Shown here: one piece after another, positions 37,053-46,554 of the stretch
Layout: the number at the start of each line of letters is the position of its first letter
Position numbering within the stretch: position 1 is the stretch's first letter
Source: an uncultured Candidatus Peribacteria bacterium
Lineage (GTDB): Bacteria; Patescibacteriota; Gracilibacteria; UBA4473
Reading direction: 5' to 3'
Length of the DNA: 64,000 nucleotides
Assembly: GCA_964526665.1 (NCBI GenBank)
Contig: CAZGJL010000001.1
Span: forward strand, 61,298-125,297
Position numbers and translations under genes: made by a program
Notes under the pieces: model-generated
The model's input: only the letters and a program-made list of their open reading frames with translations
Databases searched by the model: none
Told to the model about the DNA's origin: nothing

Positions 37053-37252
37053 AATACAACTTCCCAAACCTTATAATTTCTTTGCGATGCTGGGTTCTAA
37101 ATAAAAATGGAATGCTGAGCCATTTTAACGCTCATAGAGCGGTTTTTTAAAGATTCCCCCTATTTAAAAAAATCAAAGCATTTTAATAACTCTTCTTTAC
37201 GCGTCCGCTCCTCTGGATTAAGATTTCCCTGAAGAAATTTAAAACATTTATC

Positions 37253-38134
37253 ATGGACACAACAAAGCCCTCTTCAGCTCATCCCTTTGCTAAAAAAATA
37301 TTAAAGCTGTCGGGGGGGATTATTGTTGTTATTGGATGGATTATTGCTGTCCTGGCAACAGGAGAGTTTCTTGGGAACTTCGTTGTTCCTTTCTTTTCTG
37401 AATCAGGCCTTAACGAGCCAACTTTCTTGATGATCTCCGTTCCGTTGCTAATGGCGCTGACAGCGAGTCTCTGCATAATGCTGGGGCGCCGAGTAAGGAC
37501 TCTCGTTGACGCTTCCATGGCAAAATACTTTCTTATTCTTCTCTTCCCTACCTCCCTCTTTCTGTTTTTGGGAATTTTGGCAAACACAGATTTTATTGTC
37601 GGGATTATTATTCTTCTTTTCCTATCGATTTTCTCTGGAATGTATGCTTTTAAAGTTTGCACGAAAGATTCGTCTTTTTCCGATACATTACATCACCCCG
37701 AATACACCTTGAATAAAAAAGGATGGATTCTCTTTTTCATTGCATCAATTCTTTTCCTTGCTGTGGCCTGCTTTGTTGACCTTTATCGTCTTAATAACAA
37801 AGGCTTCTCGCTCCCTGAAGGAGTTTCTGTACAAGAATTTATCGAAAAAGCTGTACTCGAAGCCGAAGCCGACTTTCCCGAGGAAGTATCTGAGAATCTT
37901 TCTGTTACGGGTATGACGACTGAACCAGGAGTTCTTCAATACCATTATTCCATGGGCCTGCTCGATCCCGAAAACGCCAATTACATAAAAGATACTTTAA
38001 TATCTAATGCTTGCAAATACTCCATGATTCGATTTCTTCTTGAACAAGAAATCACTGTGAAGTATTTATTTGTAGTAGATAATTCTGAACAAAATTTTAT
38101 TGTTTCTGTTATAGAAGCAGACTGTTTAAGGTAA
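37253..38134 (+). CDS. hypothetical membrane protein (5-6 TM plus a C-terminal soluble domain)
   Basis: Long hydrophobic segments in the first 180 aa. No recognisable motif. Confidence 0.55.
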   Translation: MDTTKPSSAHPFAKKILKLSGGIIVVIGWIIAVLATGEFLGNFVVPFFSESGLNEPTFLMISVPLLMALTASLCIMLGRRVRTLVDASMAKYFLILLFPTSLFLFLGILANTDFIVGIIILLFLSIFSGMYAFKVCTKDSSFSDTLHHPEYTLNKKGWILFFIASILFLAVACFVDLYRLNNKGFSLPEGVSVQEFIEKAVLEAEADFPEEVSENLSVTGMTTEPGVLQYHYSMGLLDPENANYIKDTLISNACKYSMIRFLLEQEITVKYLFVVDNSEQNFIVSVIEADCLR

Positions 38135-38358
38135 AAGGGTTCTCTTCTGAGGTCGCTACACTCATAAAACTACGCAAACTTCAGCTCTAATAAGCCCTAA
38201 CTCCTGTTTCCAACTAGTATGATTCTCTAATGGAACGATATAATGTTTGCGCTTATTATTGTAAGACAGTAAGGTTCGCACGTAGAAAGAAGAGAGGGAG
38301 CCATTTAGAAAATTAAACACCTCGTTTTTCGGGATTTTTTCAGTATAAAAAATTGCCC

Positions 38359-38386
38359 TTGCTTTTTTTAAAAACATTTGTATGAT
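38359..38386 (+). promoter_or_regulatory. candidate sigma70-type promoter of cspA (TTGCTT-16-TATGAT) with about 90-nt leader
   Basis: Hexamers read directly. Long 5' UTRs are typical of csp genes. Confidence 0.35.
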
Positions 38387-38476
38387 CGTTGCATCCAATA
38401 GGTAGCGTTTATAGGGTTTTATACAAATTCCAACAACACAACACTTAGCGGAATTTAATTTTTAACCCTTCATAAA

Positions 38477-38674
38477 ATGAAAGGTACAATCAAAAAAGTC
38501 CTTAACGGATTTGGATTCATCGCACCAGAAGATGAATCAAAAGACATTTTCTTTCACGCAAATGACCTCAATGAGGTTGCGTTTGAGAGCCTAAGCGAAG
38601 GTGACATGGTCACTTTTGAAATAGGTGAGTCCGACAAAGGACCAAAAGCAGAAATGGTTTCTCTTGCAGAGTAA
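38477..38674 (+). CDS. cspA: cold-shock protein (CspA family)
   Basis: KGTIKKVLNGFGFIAPEDESKDIFFHANDL contains RNP1-like GFGFI and RNP2-like FFH. Length is 65 aa. Confidence 0.92.
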   Translation: MKGTIKKVLNGFGFIAPEDESKDIFFHANDLNEVAFESLSEGDMVTFEIGESDKGPKAEMVSLAE

Positions 38675-38698
38675 TAAATCCACAATGTTTTCTAAAAA

Positions 38699-38723
38699 GG
38701 CCCCTGAAAATGGGGTCTTTTTT
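38699..38723. terminator. bidirectional Rho-independent terminator between cspA and the convergent ATPase gene
   Basis: GGCCCC-tgaaaa-TGGGGTC flanked by A5 upstream and T6 downstream. Confidence 0.7.
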
Positions 38724-38763
38724 AATATGCGTTTTCGCTATATAAGAATCTCAAAAGTGAAGA

Positions 38764-41256
38764 TTATTTCTTTTTCTTTGGATCCCCGTCTTTCTTTTTT
38801 TCTCCTTTAGGCGGTTCTTTCTCTTCATTTTTCCGTTTATTCTCCTCTGGACGAGCCCATCGAATAATTTTGTCTTCTACGACTGACCGCGGCGTAGCAT
38901 ATCGTTGTCGTGAAAAATTCCGAACTTTTGTCATCCGCATAACAGGATCTTCCTCGCTTTCAATTTTTGGTGGAGGCAATGCGTCTCCAGAAAAAACCTC
39001 GCTGGTAATCCCGTCCACCATTATGCGGTTGTATACCTTGTATTTTGGCAATCCTGCTAAGCTTGCTGGCAAAATCCGTTCTTCATCAAATTGTTCTGAT
39101 AAAACCTTGGCATCATCAATTCCCACCTGAAAGGAAATAAGCGATCCCACATTCCCAAACACCGCTGCACATACCTCCTCTGACATTTGTGCGATATACT
39201 GATTTGCCATAGTCAAATTCAGTTTATACTTACGTGCTTCTGACAAAATCGTAGCAAATGAGTCTGTCGCAAAATTTTGAAACTCATCTACGTACAAATA
39301 AAAATCTTTTCGTTCTTCTTGTGGGATATCCGCGCGACTCATGGCATCAAGCTGAAACTTAGTAATAAGAAGCGATCCCAGCATCGAGGAATTATCTTCC
39401 CCTAGTTTTCCCTTTGAGAGATTCGCGATTATAATTTTCCCGGTATCCATCGCAAAACGAATATCAAGAGACGACTTGGGTTGTCCTACAATATTTCGAA
39501 TTACTGGGGTTGAAAGAAATTGCCCCACCTTGTTTTGAATCGGACCCACTGCTTCTGCTAATTTTTGTGGTGCCAATGCACTAAATTCTGTTTCCCAAAA
39601 ACTTCGCACCATTGGATCTTCAACATAGTGGAGAATTTTGTATCGATAATTCTTATCTACCAACATACGAGTAATCCCCAACATTGTCGTATCTGGAGCC
39701 TCTACAAGAGCCAAAACAGTGTTTCGCAAAAAGTGTTCTAGCCGTGGACCCCATGAATCAATATTCAGCTTTTTAATCACTCCAATAAGCCCGGAAGCAA
39801 CCAGCCCTCTTTGTTCTGCGTTTTTCCCTTCTAATAAATTAAACGCAAGAGGGAACTCTCGATCTGCAGGATCAAAGAGAATTACATCGTTCGTTCGGTG
39901 CTTGGGAACGAGCTGCATCACTGCTTCTGCGAGATCTCCATGTGGATCAATTATCGCTACTCCTTTCCCTGCCATGATATCTGAATAAATCATATTCTCC
40001 ATGAGAGTAGATTTCCCCATTCCTGTTTTCCCGATTACATATACATGACGCCGTCGATCATCTGGACGAAGTCCGTATTCATCTTTCTGAAGACGGAAAT
40101 TTGTTTTCCCAACAAGCGTTACATCTTTTTCATCACTTCCTGGCAAATTTGCCGGCGGTTCAAGTTTTGGGGCGTTTACCCACTGAATTCGAGCCGTAGA
40201 AACGCTTTGGGTGGGCAAATGGAACATGGTTGCCAATTCTTCTTGAGACAGCACAAATGGCTTATCTGGTCGTCGTGCGACAATATTTCGAAATATTCGA
40301 GAATTCTTTCCTTCTTGTACGTTTCGAATAGTGAAATAATTTAATTGTGGCTGTGAAAACTGCTGGAATGTTCCGGCAATTTCTCGGAGTTTTGCCTCCG
40401 CGTGCAAAGACTCTTCGTCTGAATGAATATACGCCGCTTGAATATTTACAGCAAAAGCCTGACGAGAAATCTTATCATACGAAGCTCCATACACTGTCTC
40501 TCTGTCATGCCGTCCGGAAGAAGTCCTCTCGTCCACCTCACCTTCTGTTTCATCTGATCTGTCTCGAGATACGTCTGAGGAAAGAGATTTGCTGCTCCAA
40601 AGAAAAAACGCATGACATATAAACCAAAACGGAGATCTCCAAAGTCGCGTTGATCTATCAGGAGAAATTCGAATCCATTGATACATTTTTCGAAACCATT
40701 TCCATTGCCATACTCCCGTGCGAAAAAATCGACGAAGAGTTTTTTCTGCTACCTCGTTCCATCGCTTCCCAACAGGGGAAACCACCCACTGAATTACTGC
40801 AACGTCTCCTCTCGCGTGTAGGGTTGAAAGAGAAGATGTAATAGCTCCAAGCGGATCTTCAAACACGCGAGTTGTAGTGTCTTCAAACTGTGGATATCGC
40901 TTGAAGGGGAATACCCATGGTTCTTTTGGTTCCAAAGAAACGGAAAGAACTTTTTTGTTGGCAATAAGTTTCGTTGTAAAGAAATTACGAACCGTCTCAA
41001 TTTCTACTTCCGGATATTGTGCAAAAATCTGAGAGGAAACAAGCGTTCGTAAGTGCGTTGGCACTGCAACGTAAAAATAAATCATCCCATCCATGCTCGC
41101 TATTTCAAAACTTACTGATTCTTTTTTCCCGCTTCGCATTGCACGCAAAATCAATCCATGCAGACTGGCTAGGATTTGCTCAAATGCAACCGGCCCTTTT
41201 TCGTTCAGTTTTGGAACGGAAAGGCGAAGCACGATGCGAGAATTTTTGTTCGTCAT
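38764..41256 (-). CDS. TraD/VirD4/TrwB-like (FtsK-HerA superfamily) P-loop ATPase with a large N-terminal domain of unknown function
   Basis: Walker A VIGKTGMGKST and Walker B FYLYVDEFQNF. Start moved to MTNKNSRIVLRLSVPKL (ATG at 41256), because the longer ORF overlaps the upstream gene and is low-complexity. Confidence 0.78.
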   Translation of the reverse strand: MTNKNSRIVLRLSVPKLNEKGPVAFEQILASLHGLILRAMRSGKKESVSFEIASMDGMIYFYVAVPTHLRTLVSSQIFAQYPEVEIETVRNFFTTKLIANKKVLSVSLEPKEPWVFPFKRYPQFEDTTTRVFEDPLGAITSSLSTLHARGDVAVIQWVVSPVGKRWNEVAEKTLRRFFRTGVWQWKWFRKMYQWIRISPDRSTRLWRSPFWFICHAFFLWSSKSLSSDVSRDRSDETEGEVDERTSSGRHDRETVYGASYDKISRQAFAVNIQAAYIHSDEESLHAEAKLREIAGTFQQFSQPQLNYFTIRNVQEGKNSRIFRNIVARRPDKPFVLSQEELATMFHLPTQSVSTARIQWVNAPKLEPPANLPGSDEKDVTLVGKTNFRLQKDEYGLRPDDRRRHVYVIGKTGMGKSTLMENMIYSDIMAGKGVAIIDPHGDLAEAVMQLVPKHRTNDVILFDPADREFPLAFNLLEGKNAEQRGLVASGLIGVIKKLNIDSWGPRLEHFLRNTVLALVEAPDTTMLGITRMLVDKNYRYKILHYVEDPMVRSFWETEFSALAPQKLAEAVGPIQNKVGQFLSTPVIRNIVGQPKSSLDIRFAMDTGKIIIANLSKGKLGEDNSSMLGSLLITKFQLDAMSRADIPQEERKDFYLYVDEFQNFATDSFATILSEARKYKLNLTMANQYIAQMSEEVCAAVFGNVGSLISFQVGIDDAKVLSEQFDEERILPASLAGLPKYKVYNRIMVDGITSEVFSGDALPPPKIESEEDPVMRMTKVRNFSRQRYATPRSVVEDKIIRWARPEENKRKNEEKEPPKGEKKKDGDPKKKK

Positions 41257-41344
41257 ATTCACGAAATAGTGTACGCATTTAAAAGAAAAAAACAACGACC
41301 CCGCACTGCAGGGCCGCTGAATATTTTGTACTATTGTGAGAAAA

Positions 41345-42298
41345 CTATCCGCAACTTGCGTCTGAGTTTGCTCCTGATCCTTCCCATCCAAATCCTGCTG
41401 CTGGTGCTGTCGGTGACAACTCCGCTTCGCATTCTTCTGGTTGAGTTTCAAAAGAAGAACAAATCAGCTTTAACAAACTTGCTGCATCACGTCCAGATTG
41501 GACCTTTGCTCCATTGATAACCAATGATGGTGATCCCTGAACTCCGTATTCTTTATTTTCTGCATCATGAGTCATGAATTTAGGAAATCGGCCATTGAGC
41601 CATGATTCCTTGTTTTCAAGGTTCGCAGTAATATTAAATTCTGCGTCTGCTGCTGCTGTACATGAGGCCAATGCTCCTCTATCAATTTCTAGCTCTGCCA
41701 AACAAGTCTCTCCTGCTGTTACTCCTCCGTCTGTTCCGAGGAAGCACTCAAGATATGGCATGATTTTATCGTTCTGATCTTTATCAATACAATACTGGTT
41801 CAATTGCTCGTTTACTTCTTTTGCTGCATGCATTGCGTAGTTCACAAATTTCAAATTGAAATCAATCGTCTCTCCTAATTGTTTCACCACTGGAATAATT
41901 CCTTTTTCCATCTGTGTTCCAAATGGACAGTGACTCATAATAAAAAGATCCACTACTGGTTTCTCTGATTTTGAAACCTCTGCTAATGGTGGAGCCTCTG
42001 CCGCTGGCGCGTTTTCTTTTTCTGCTGTCATTTTGTCGATCTCCATCACGCTTGGGAAAAATACTTCTCCGTCGCCAGACATATACGAAACAATCTCTTT
42101 TCCGCCTGCGTCTACTGTAATCTTAAACATGCCGTTCTCTTGCTCAACTTCTTTAATAGTTGCTGTTGTCCCTGGAGACATCAACACTGTGTTAATGAAG
42201 CTCAATGCGCGCTCTTCCGCTGCGTCTTCTGTCATTTGTGTGCATCCTGCAAGAAATAATACGCTCATTGCAAGAGCCACTCCGGTAATTTTTTTCAT
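41345..42298 (-). CDS. lipoprotein with a thioredoxin-fold (DsbA/GILT-like) C-terminal domain
   Basis: Lipobox MSVLFLAGC. The later segment VDLFIMSHCPFGTQ...YLECFL resembles thiol-oxidoreductase-fold proteins. Confidence 0.6.
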   Translation of the reverse strand: MKKITGVALAMSVLFLAGCTQMTEDAAEERALSFINTVLMSPGTTATIKEVEQENGMFKITVDAGGKEIVSYMSGDGEVFFPSVMEIDKMTAEKENAPAAEAPPLAEVSKSEKPVVDLFIMSHCPFGTQMEKGIIPVVKQLGETIDFNLKFVNYAMHAAKEVNEQLNQYCIDKDQNDKIMPYLECFLGTDGGVTAGETCLAELEIDRGALASCTAAADAEFNITANLENKESWLNGRFPKFMTHDAENKEYGVQGSPSLVINGAKVQSGRDAASLLKLICSSFETQPEECEAELSPTAPAAGFGWEGSGANSDASCG

Positions 42299-42312
42299 TT
42301 TAGGGGGATATT

Positions 42313-42340
42313 AAAAAATCCTTGTGACAGTACACATGGA
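42313..42340 (-). terminator. candidate terminator after purQ
   Basis: The minus strand reads TCCATGTG-tactgt-CACAAGGA (one mismatch) followed by T6. Confidence 0.45.
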
Positions 42341-42373
42341 CGAAGAAAAAGACAAATTTTTTTGCAACCCTAA

Positions 42374-43183
42374 TTATTTCCCTGAAAAATATTCCACTGC
42401 ATTCTTGAAAATCTGAAGATTCTCGGTCCATTCCGGGATTTCTTTGCCTTCGCGAAGAAGTCTTTCTTTTGCCAAAGTGAAGTCTGGACGATTGCTAAAC
42501 CAAAGCCCTCGTTCTGGATGGGGCATCAATCCCATTATGCGTCCGCTTGAATCACATACAGCGGCAATATCGCGCTGTGCTCCGTTTGGATTTACGGGGA
42601 ACTTCCCATCGGCGGGAGCACCCTTTTCGTCCACATAGGTGAAGGCGATTTGATCATTTTTTTCCAGTGCATCGAGTCCTTCTTCTGGAAGAAAGAAATT
42701 TCCTTCTCCGTGTGCAACGGGAAGAAAAAGTTTGTCGATTCCTTTTGTCCACACGCATTTCTCTGATTGATTTTTCAAATGAACGTATCGGCACACAAAC
42801 CGGTTAGAAGTGTTTTTGAGCAATCCCGCTTGCCGTTCTCCGTATTTGTCATCTAACGCCGGCACCAATCCAAGTGCCACCAAAACCTGAAACCCATTAC
42901 AGATCCCGAGCGTCAAAGTGTCTCGTTTCACAAACTCGAGAATTTGTTTCCCAATTCGATCCTGCAAGAGATTTGAAAGGGCTTTCCCTGATCCGGTATG
43001 ATCTCCGAATGAGAACCCCCCGGGAACAACCAATATCTGTGCTTCTTCAAGCATTTTTGGGCTTTCAATTAAATCAGTTACATGCACATATTTGGCGTCT
43101 GCCCCCGCTTGGTTGAAGGCAAATATTGTTTCTGCCTCGGAATTGATTCCGTATCCGCCGAGAACGATTACTGATGGTTTCAT
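42374..43183 (-). CDS. purQ: phosphoribosylformylglycinamidine synthase, glutaminase subunit
   Basis: Class I amidotransferase with GICNGFQVL (nucleophile elbow) and MPHPER. It lies directly downstream of purL. Confidence 0.92.
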   Translation of the reverse strand: MKPSVIVLGGYGINSEAETIFAFNQAGADAKYVHVTDLIESPKMLEEAQILVVPGGFSFGDHTGSGKALSNLLQDRIGKQILEFVKRDTLTLGICNGFQVLVALGLVPALDDKYGERQAGLLKNTSNRFVCRYVHLKNQSEKCVWTKGIDKLFLPVAHGEGNFFLPEEGLDALEKNDQIAFTYVDEKGAPADGKFPVNPNGAQRDIAAVCDSSGRIMGLMPHPERGLWFSNRPDFTLAKERLLREGKEIPEWTENLQIFKNAVEYFSGK

Positions 43184-43185
43184 TC

Positions 43186-46104
43186 CTAAAAAGATTTAAA
43201 AGTATCGTGATACGCTTTTGACAGCTTCTCTACTGAAAGAGTTTCAAGTCCCGCAATAACCAAATCTGAACCCGCGACTTCTCCAATCTCTGCTGCTTCT
43301 GGGAAGAGCTTCTGGAGTTCGTCCACGTTGTGTGGCGCAACTGAAACGAGGAATCGTGATTTTGATTCTGACCAGAGTGCTGTTGGTAAGTCCTCAGAAA
43401 CTTGCGCCAAATCAATATGCGCTCCGTTTTGTGATGCTATACAAGATTTTGCTAATGCCGTCGCCAATCCTCCCTGCCACACGTGCTGAGATGATGCGAG
43501 CAAGCCGCTCTGATGCGCAGTGAACATTCGATCGTAACGATCTTTTGATTCTTCAGCTTTCAAAGCCGGAACAACTGAGTCGTCTAATTCTTTCATATTA
43601 CTAAATTCCGAACCGCCGAATTCGGCGTTCGTTTCTCCGATGACAAAAATCTTATCTCCGAGTCCTTTCCAGTCGATTGTTTGAACGGCTGTTGCGTCCG
43701 GGATCACGCTCAGGGTTGAGATCAAAAGTGTCGGTGGAACAGATATTTTTATTTCATTATCATCTGCATCAAATCCGCGGAAATCGTTGAACATTGAGTC
43801 TTTCCCCGAAATGTACGGCGTTCCGTACACCGTTGCCACGTCGTAGCAAGCCTTAGCTGTTTCCACGAGCTGGCCCAAACGATTTGTTTCGTCACTACTA
43901 CACCAGCAGAAATTGTCCATAATCGCCATGTGGTCTACGTTCGCTCCTGCTGCAACCGCCGCCGCAACTGCGTCATCAATCGTTGCCGCCGCCATTGCGT
44001 ACGGATTCATATTTGTCATTCGTGGGTTCAGTGCGTGAGATGTCACCACTGCTTTTTTTGATGTTAGAACCGGGCGTGTCACCGCTGCCGATCCATTTAC
44101 TCGTCCCACTCCTTGAAAAGGTTTAATAACGCTTCCTCCCAAAACCTCATGATCATACTGCTGAGAAATCCATTGATTCGAAGTAATGTTTGGTCGTTTT
44201 AGCATTTCGACTAAATCCGAAGCTTCCGCAGAAACAACTGCTGTCGTGCTCAATTCTGATTGCTTCCAATCGGCTTTGAGCTGCTCCCGCGGCCATCCTG
44301 TTGCCAAAAAGTTGAGAGAAAGATCGAAGATTGTTTTCCCGTTCCAGAGAATCTTTCCGCGTCCGCTATCAGTAAATTTCCCTAATATTGTTGCCTCCAC
44401 TCCGTGTTTTTTGAAGATCGCGAGAAACGCGTTTGCTTTGTCATACGGAACAGAAAAGGTCATTCGTTCCTGAGATTCGGAAATCCAAATCTGCCATGGT
44501 TCAAGGTTGGGATACTTCAGTGGAACACGTTCCAAATGAACCTCAAATCCTCCCGCCTCATCTCCCAGTTCCCCGATAGTTCCCGAAATTCCCCCCGCTC
44601 CACAATCGTGAACTGAGTTGATAAATCCGCCTTCACGGAGATCATAAATAACGGCATCTGATAGTTTTTTCTGAGTAATCGGATCTCCGATTTGTACCGC
44701 TGTTGCAGGACTTCCTTCGTCCAATGCTTCTGAACTAAACGTAGCTCCGTGAATCCCGTCCATTCCTACGCGACCTCCGGTAACGATAATTGCGTCGCCG
44801 GGTTTGGCTGCCTTTTCGCTTGAATCTGTGCCCTCTAGTATTCGTGGGATCAGTCCGATCGTTCCCGCAAACACAAGAGGTTTTCCGACATATCCGTCGT
44901 CAAAATAAGTGAACCCCAGTGGCGTTGGAATCCCTGATTGATTTCCTCCTTCGTTCACTCCTTCTACCACTCCGTCCAAGATTTCTCGTGGCTGAAGAAT
45001 TGGATTTGATTTATTTCGTCCGCGATAAAGATCGAACTCTTTTCGTGGATCTGCTGTACAAAATCCATATCGGTTAATCACTGGCTTTGATCCACGACCA
45101 TATCCAATACAATCACGATTCACTCCCACGATTCCTGTCATTGCTCCTCCCAATGGGTCAAGCGCAGAAGGGGAGTTATGTGTTTCCATTTTGTCTGATA
45201 CAGACCATTCGTCGTCGAATACGATTCCTCCTGAGTTGTCCGAGAAAACTGAAATACAAAAGTCGTCATCTCCTTTCTTTTTACGAATATCTACTGTTGC
45301 CTGACGAATAAAGGTTTTGAAAATTCCTCCGTCGTGCTCATTTATGGGATTGGCAAAAATCGTGTGTCGACAGTGCTCTGACCACGTCTGCGCAATTGAT
45401 TCTAGTTCAATATCGTATGGATTTCGTCCCTCTTCCCGGAAATAATCACGAATCGTGTGCAGGTAGAGAAGTGAAAGCGCCAATGGTCCACGACGCACTC
45501 CGTCTGGTCCCGCAATCCCCTTTTTCCCAAGTAATGCGAGTTCTTCGTCTGGGATCTCTAAATCCACTTCCATCGGAGCGGCCGGCCTATGAAGTTTTAC
45601 TTCGGGAGCGAGAATGTCCATCCCGTTGTCTGCTTGAAATTCCTCTTGTGATTTCACTGAGATTCTCTGAATAAGTGGATTTGCAAATAGTCGACCAATC
45701 GCTTGGGCCTGCTCTTCCTTCAATGTTCCTGAAACGTACAAAACTACTGACCCATATGCGTTTTCATGTGGCACATCAAACCCTATTCCAAATTTGTTTT
45801 CCATTGATTCCACCACGGTTGATCCCACGTTATCCGTCACCCCGGGGAGAAACCCGATCTCAATAGCCCAATCAAATTCTCGATACACATCCGGCTCGTC
45901 AATATTAAATGATTCATACACCGGATTGGTAAGCATTTCGCCAACCCGCTCTTGTTCGGCTGGTTTAAATTTCCGAACAATCGTATATACATCCGTCGTC
46001 GCTAAATCCGTAATCAGGAAGCCCGCGGCCTGAATTTTTGTTTGAAAACTCGCTGCGCGGTTATCCTGCACGGTATTCTCGATCTCGATGCGAAAGGCGT
46101 TCAT
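43186..46104 (-). CDS. purL: phosphoribosylformylglycinamidine synthase subunit PurL (long form with N-terminal extension)
   Basis: Shows WSEHCRHTIF, ETHNSPSALDP, duplicated AIR-synthase-like domains, and DCGAGGISG. Confidence 0.92.
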   Translation of the reverse strand: MNAFRIEIENTVQDNRAASFQTKIQAAGFLITDLATTDVYTIVRKFKPAEQERVGEMLTNPVYESFNIDEPDVYREFDWAIEIGFLPGVTDNVGSTVVESMENKFGIGFDVPHENAYGSVVLYVSGTLKEEQAQAIGRLFANPLIQRISVKSQEEFQADNGMDILAPEVKLHRPAAPMEVDLEIPDEELALLGKKGIAGPDGVRRGPLALSLLYLHTIRDYFREEGRNPYDIELESIAQTWSEHCRHTIFANPINEHDGGIFKTFIRQATVDIRKKKGDDDFCISVFSDNSGGIVFDDEWSVSDKMETHNSPSALDPLGGAMTGIVGVNRDCIGYGRGSKPVINRYGFCTADPRKEFDLYRGRNKSNPILQPREILDGVVEGVNEGGNQSGIPTPLGFTYFDDGYVGKPLVFAGTIGLIPRILEGTDSSEKAAKPGDAIIVTGGRVGMDGIHGATFSSEALDEGSPATAVQIGDPITQKKLSDAVIYDLREGGFINSVHDCGAGGISGTIGELGDEAGGFEVHLERVPLKYPNLEPWQIWISESQERMTFSVPYDKANAFLAIFKKHGVEATILGKFTDSGRGKILWNGKTIFDLSLNFLATGWPREQLKADWKQSELSTTAVVSAEASDLVEMLKRPNITSNQWISQQYDHEVLGGSVIKPFQGVGRVNGSAAVTRPVLTSKKAVVTSHALNPRMTNMNPYAMAAATIDDAVAAAVAAGANVDHMAIMDNFCWCSSDETNRLGQLVETAKACYDVATVYGTPYISGKDSMFNDFRGFDADDNEIKISVPPTLLISTLSVIPDATAVQTIDWKGLGDKIFVIGETNAEFGGSEFSNMKELDDSVVPALKAEESKDRYDRMFTAHQSGLLASSQHVWQGGLATALAKSCIASQNGAHIDLAQVSEDLPTALWSESKSRFLVSVAPHNVDELQKLFPEAAEIGEVAGSDLVIAGLETLSVEKLSKAYHDTFKSF

Positions 46105-46192
46105 AAACGGAGGGAAAGTACGCCCGTAGTGTAGTCATTTTGATATTTTTGGCAATGAAAAATGTCTCCAACTGCCACGCCAAAAATATATT

Positions 46193-46224
46193 AAAAAAAG
46201 ATGCGCAAGTTAGACCTGCGCATC
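46193..46224 (-). terminator. Rho-independent terminator on the minus strand, about 90 nt upstream of the purL start
   Basis: The minus strand reads GATGCGCA-ggtctaact-TGCGCATC followed by T7. Confidence 0.75.
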
Positions 46225-46554
46225 AATATAAAGTCACCGATACTTCCCAATTTAACGCATCTGCTATCCAATTACGATGACCTTGTAGCCTCCAGGCGGA
46301 GGCGAAAAAAGCGGAAGGAAACCCAATTAAAAAGAAGTTATAAAAAACTCTTTCGTTTTTAAGAACGTATACATGTCCATGAACACAAGCCTCGACTCGC
46401 GAAACTTATGATCATGGACAAAAAGGAATATATGGTGACAAAGAACCGCTTCCGAGCCGAAGGAATCACAAGTGATGTCCGTGCAACTACGATGAAGCTA
46501 CATATTGTCTAATTGTTTTGTGACAAAATGTCAAGAGCTTCTTTTGCAAAACGG

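Larger units (their letters stand above)
27417..37124. mobile_element. tRNA-Asn-associated integrative island (serine recombinase, RCR Rep, TA, RM, Mrr cargo)
   Basis: The recombinase abuts and overlaps the tRNA 3' end. GC content is visibly lower than in the flanks, and the gene content is mobile/defence. The right boundary is only tentative (short GAGCCATT match at 37117..37124). Confidence 0.6.

Noticed and set aside
41257-41451. 65-codon N-terminal extension of the TraD-like ATPase ORF.
   Set aside because: It overlaps the 3' end of the upstream lipoprotein gene by more than 100 nt and is Gln/His-rich low-complexity sequence. The internal ATG at 41256 begins a sequence that looks like a genuine N-terminus.
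46288-46303. CCGCCUGG on the minus strand upstream of purL resembled the 3' conserved element of ZTP (pfl) riboswitches. A purine riboswitch was also considered.
   Set aside because: The 5' ZTP sub-domain (GGGUCGUGACUGGCG-like) and the purine-riboswitch core (UAUAAU...CCGUAAA-type junctions) are absent. The element is fully explained as a self-contained GCCTCC/GGAGGC hairpin.
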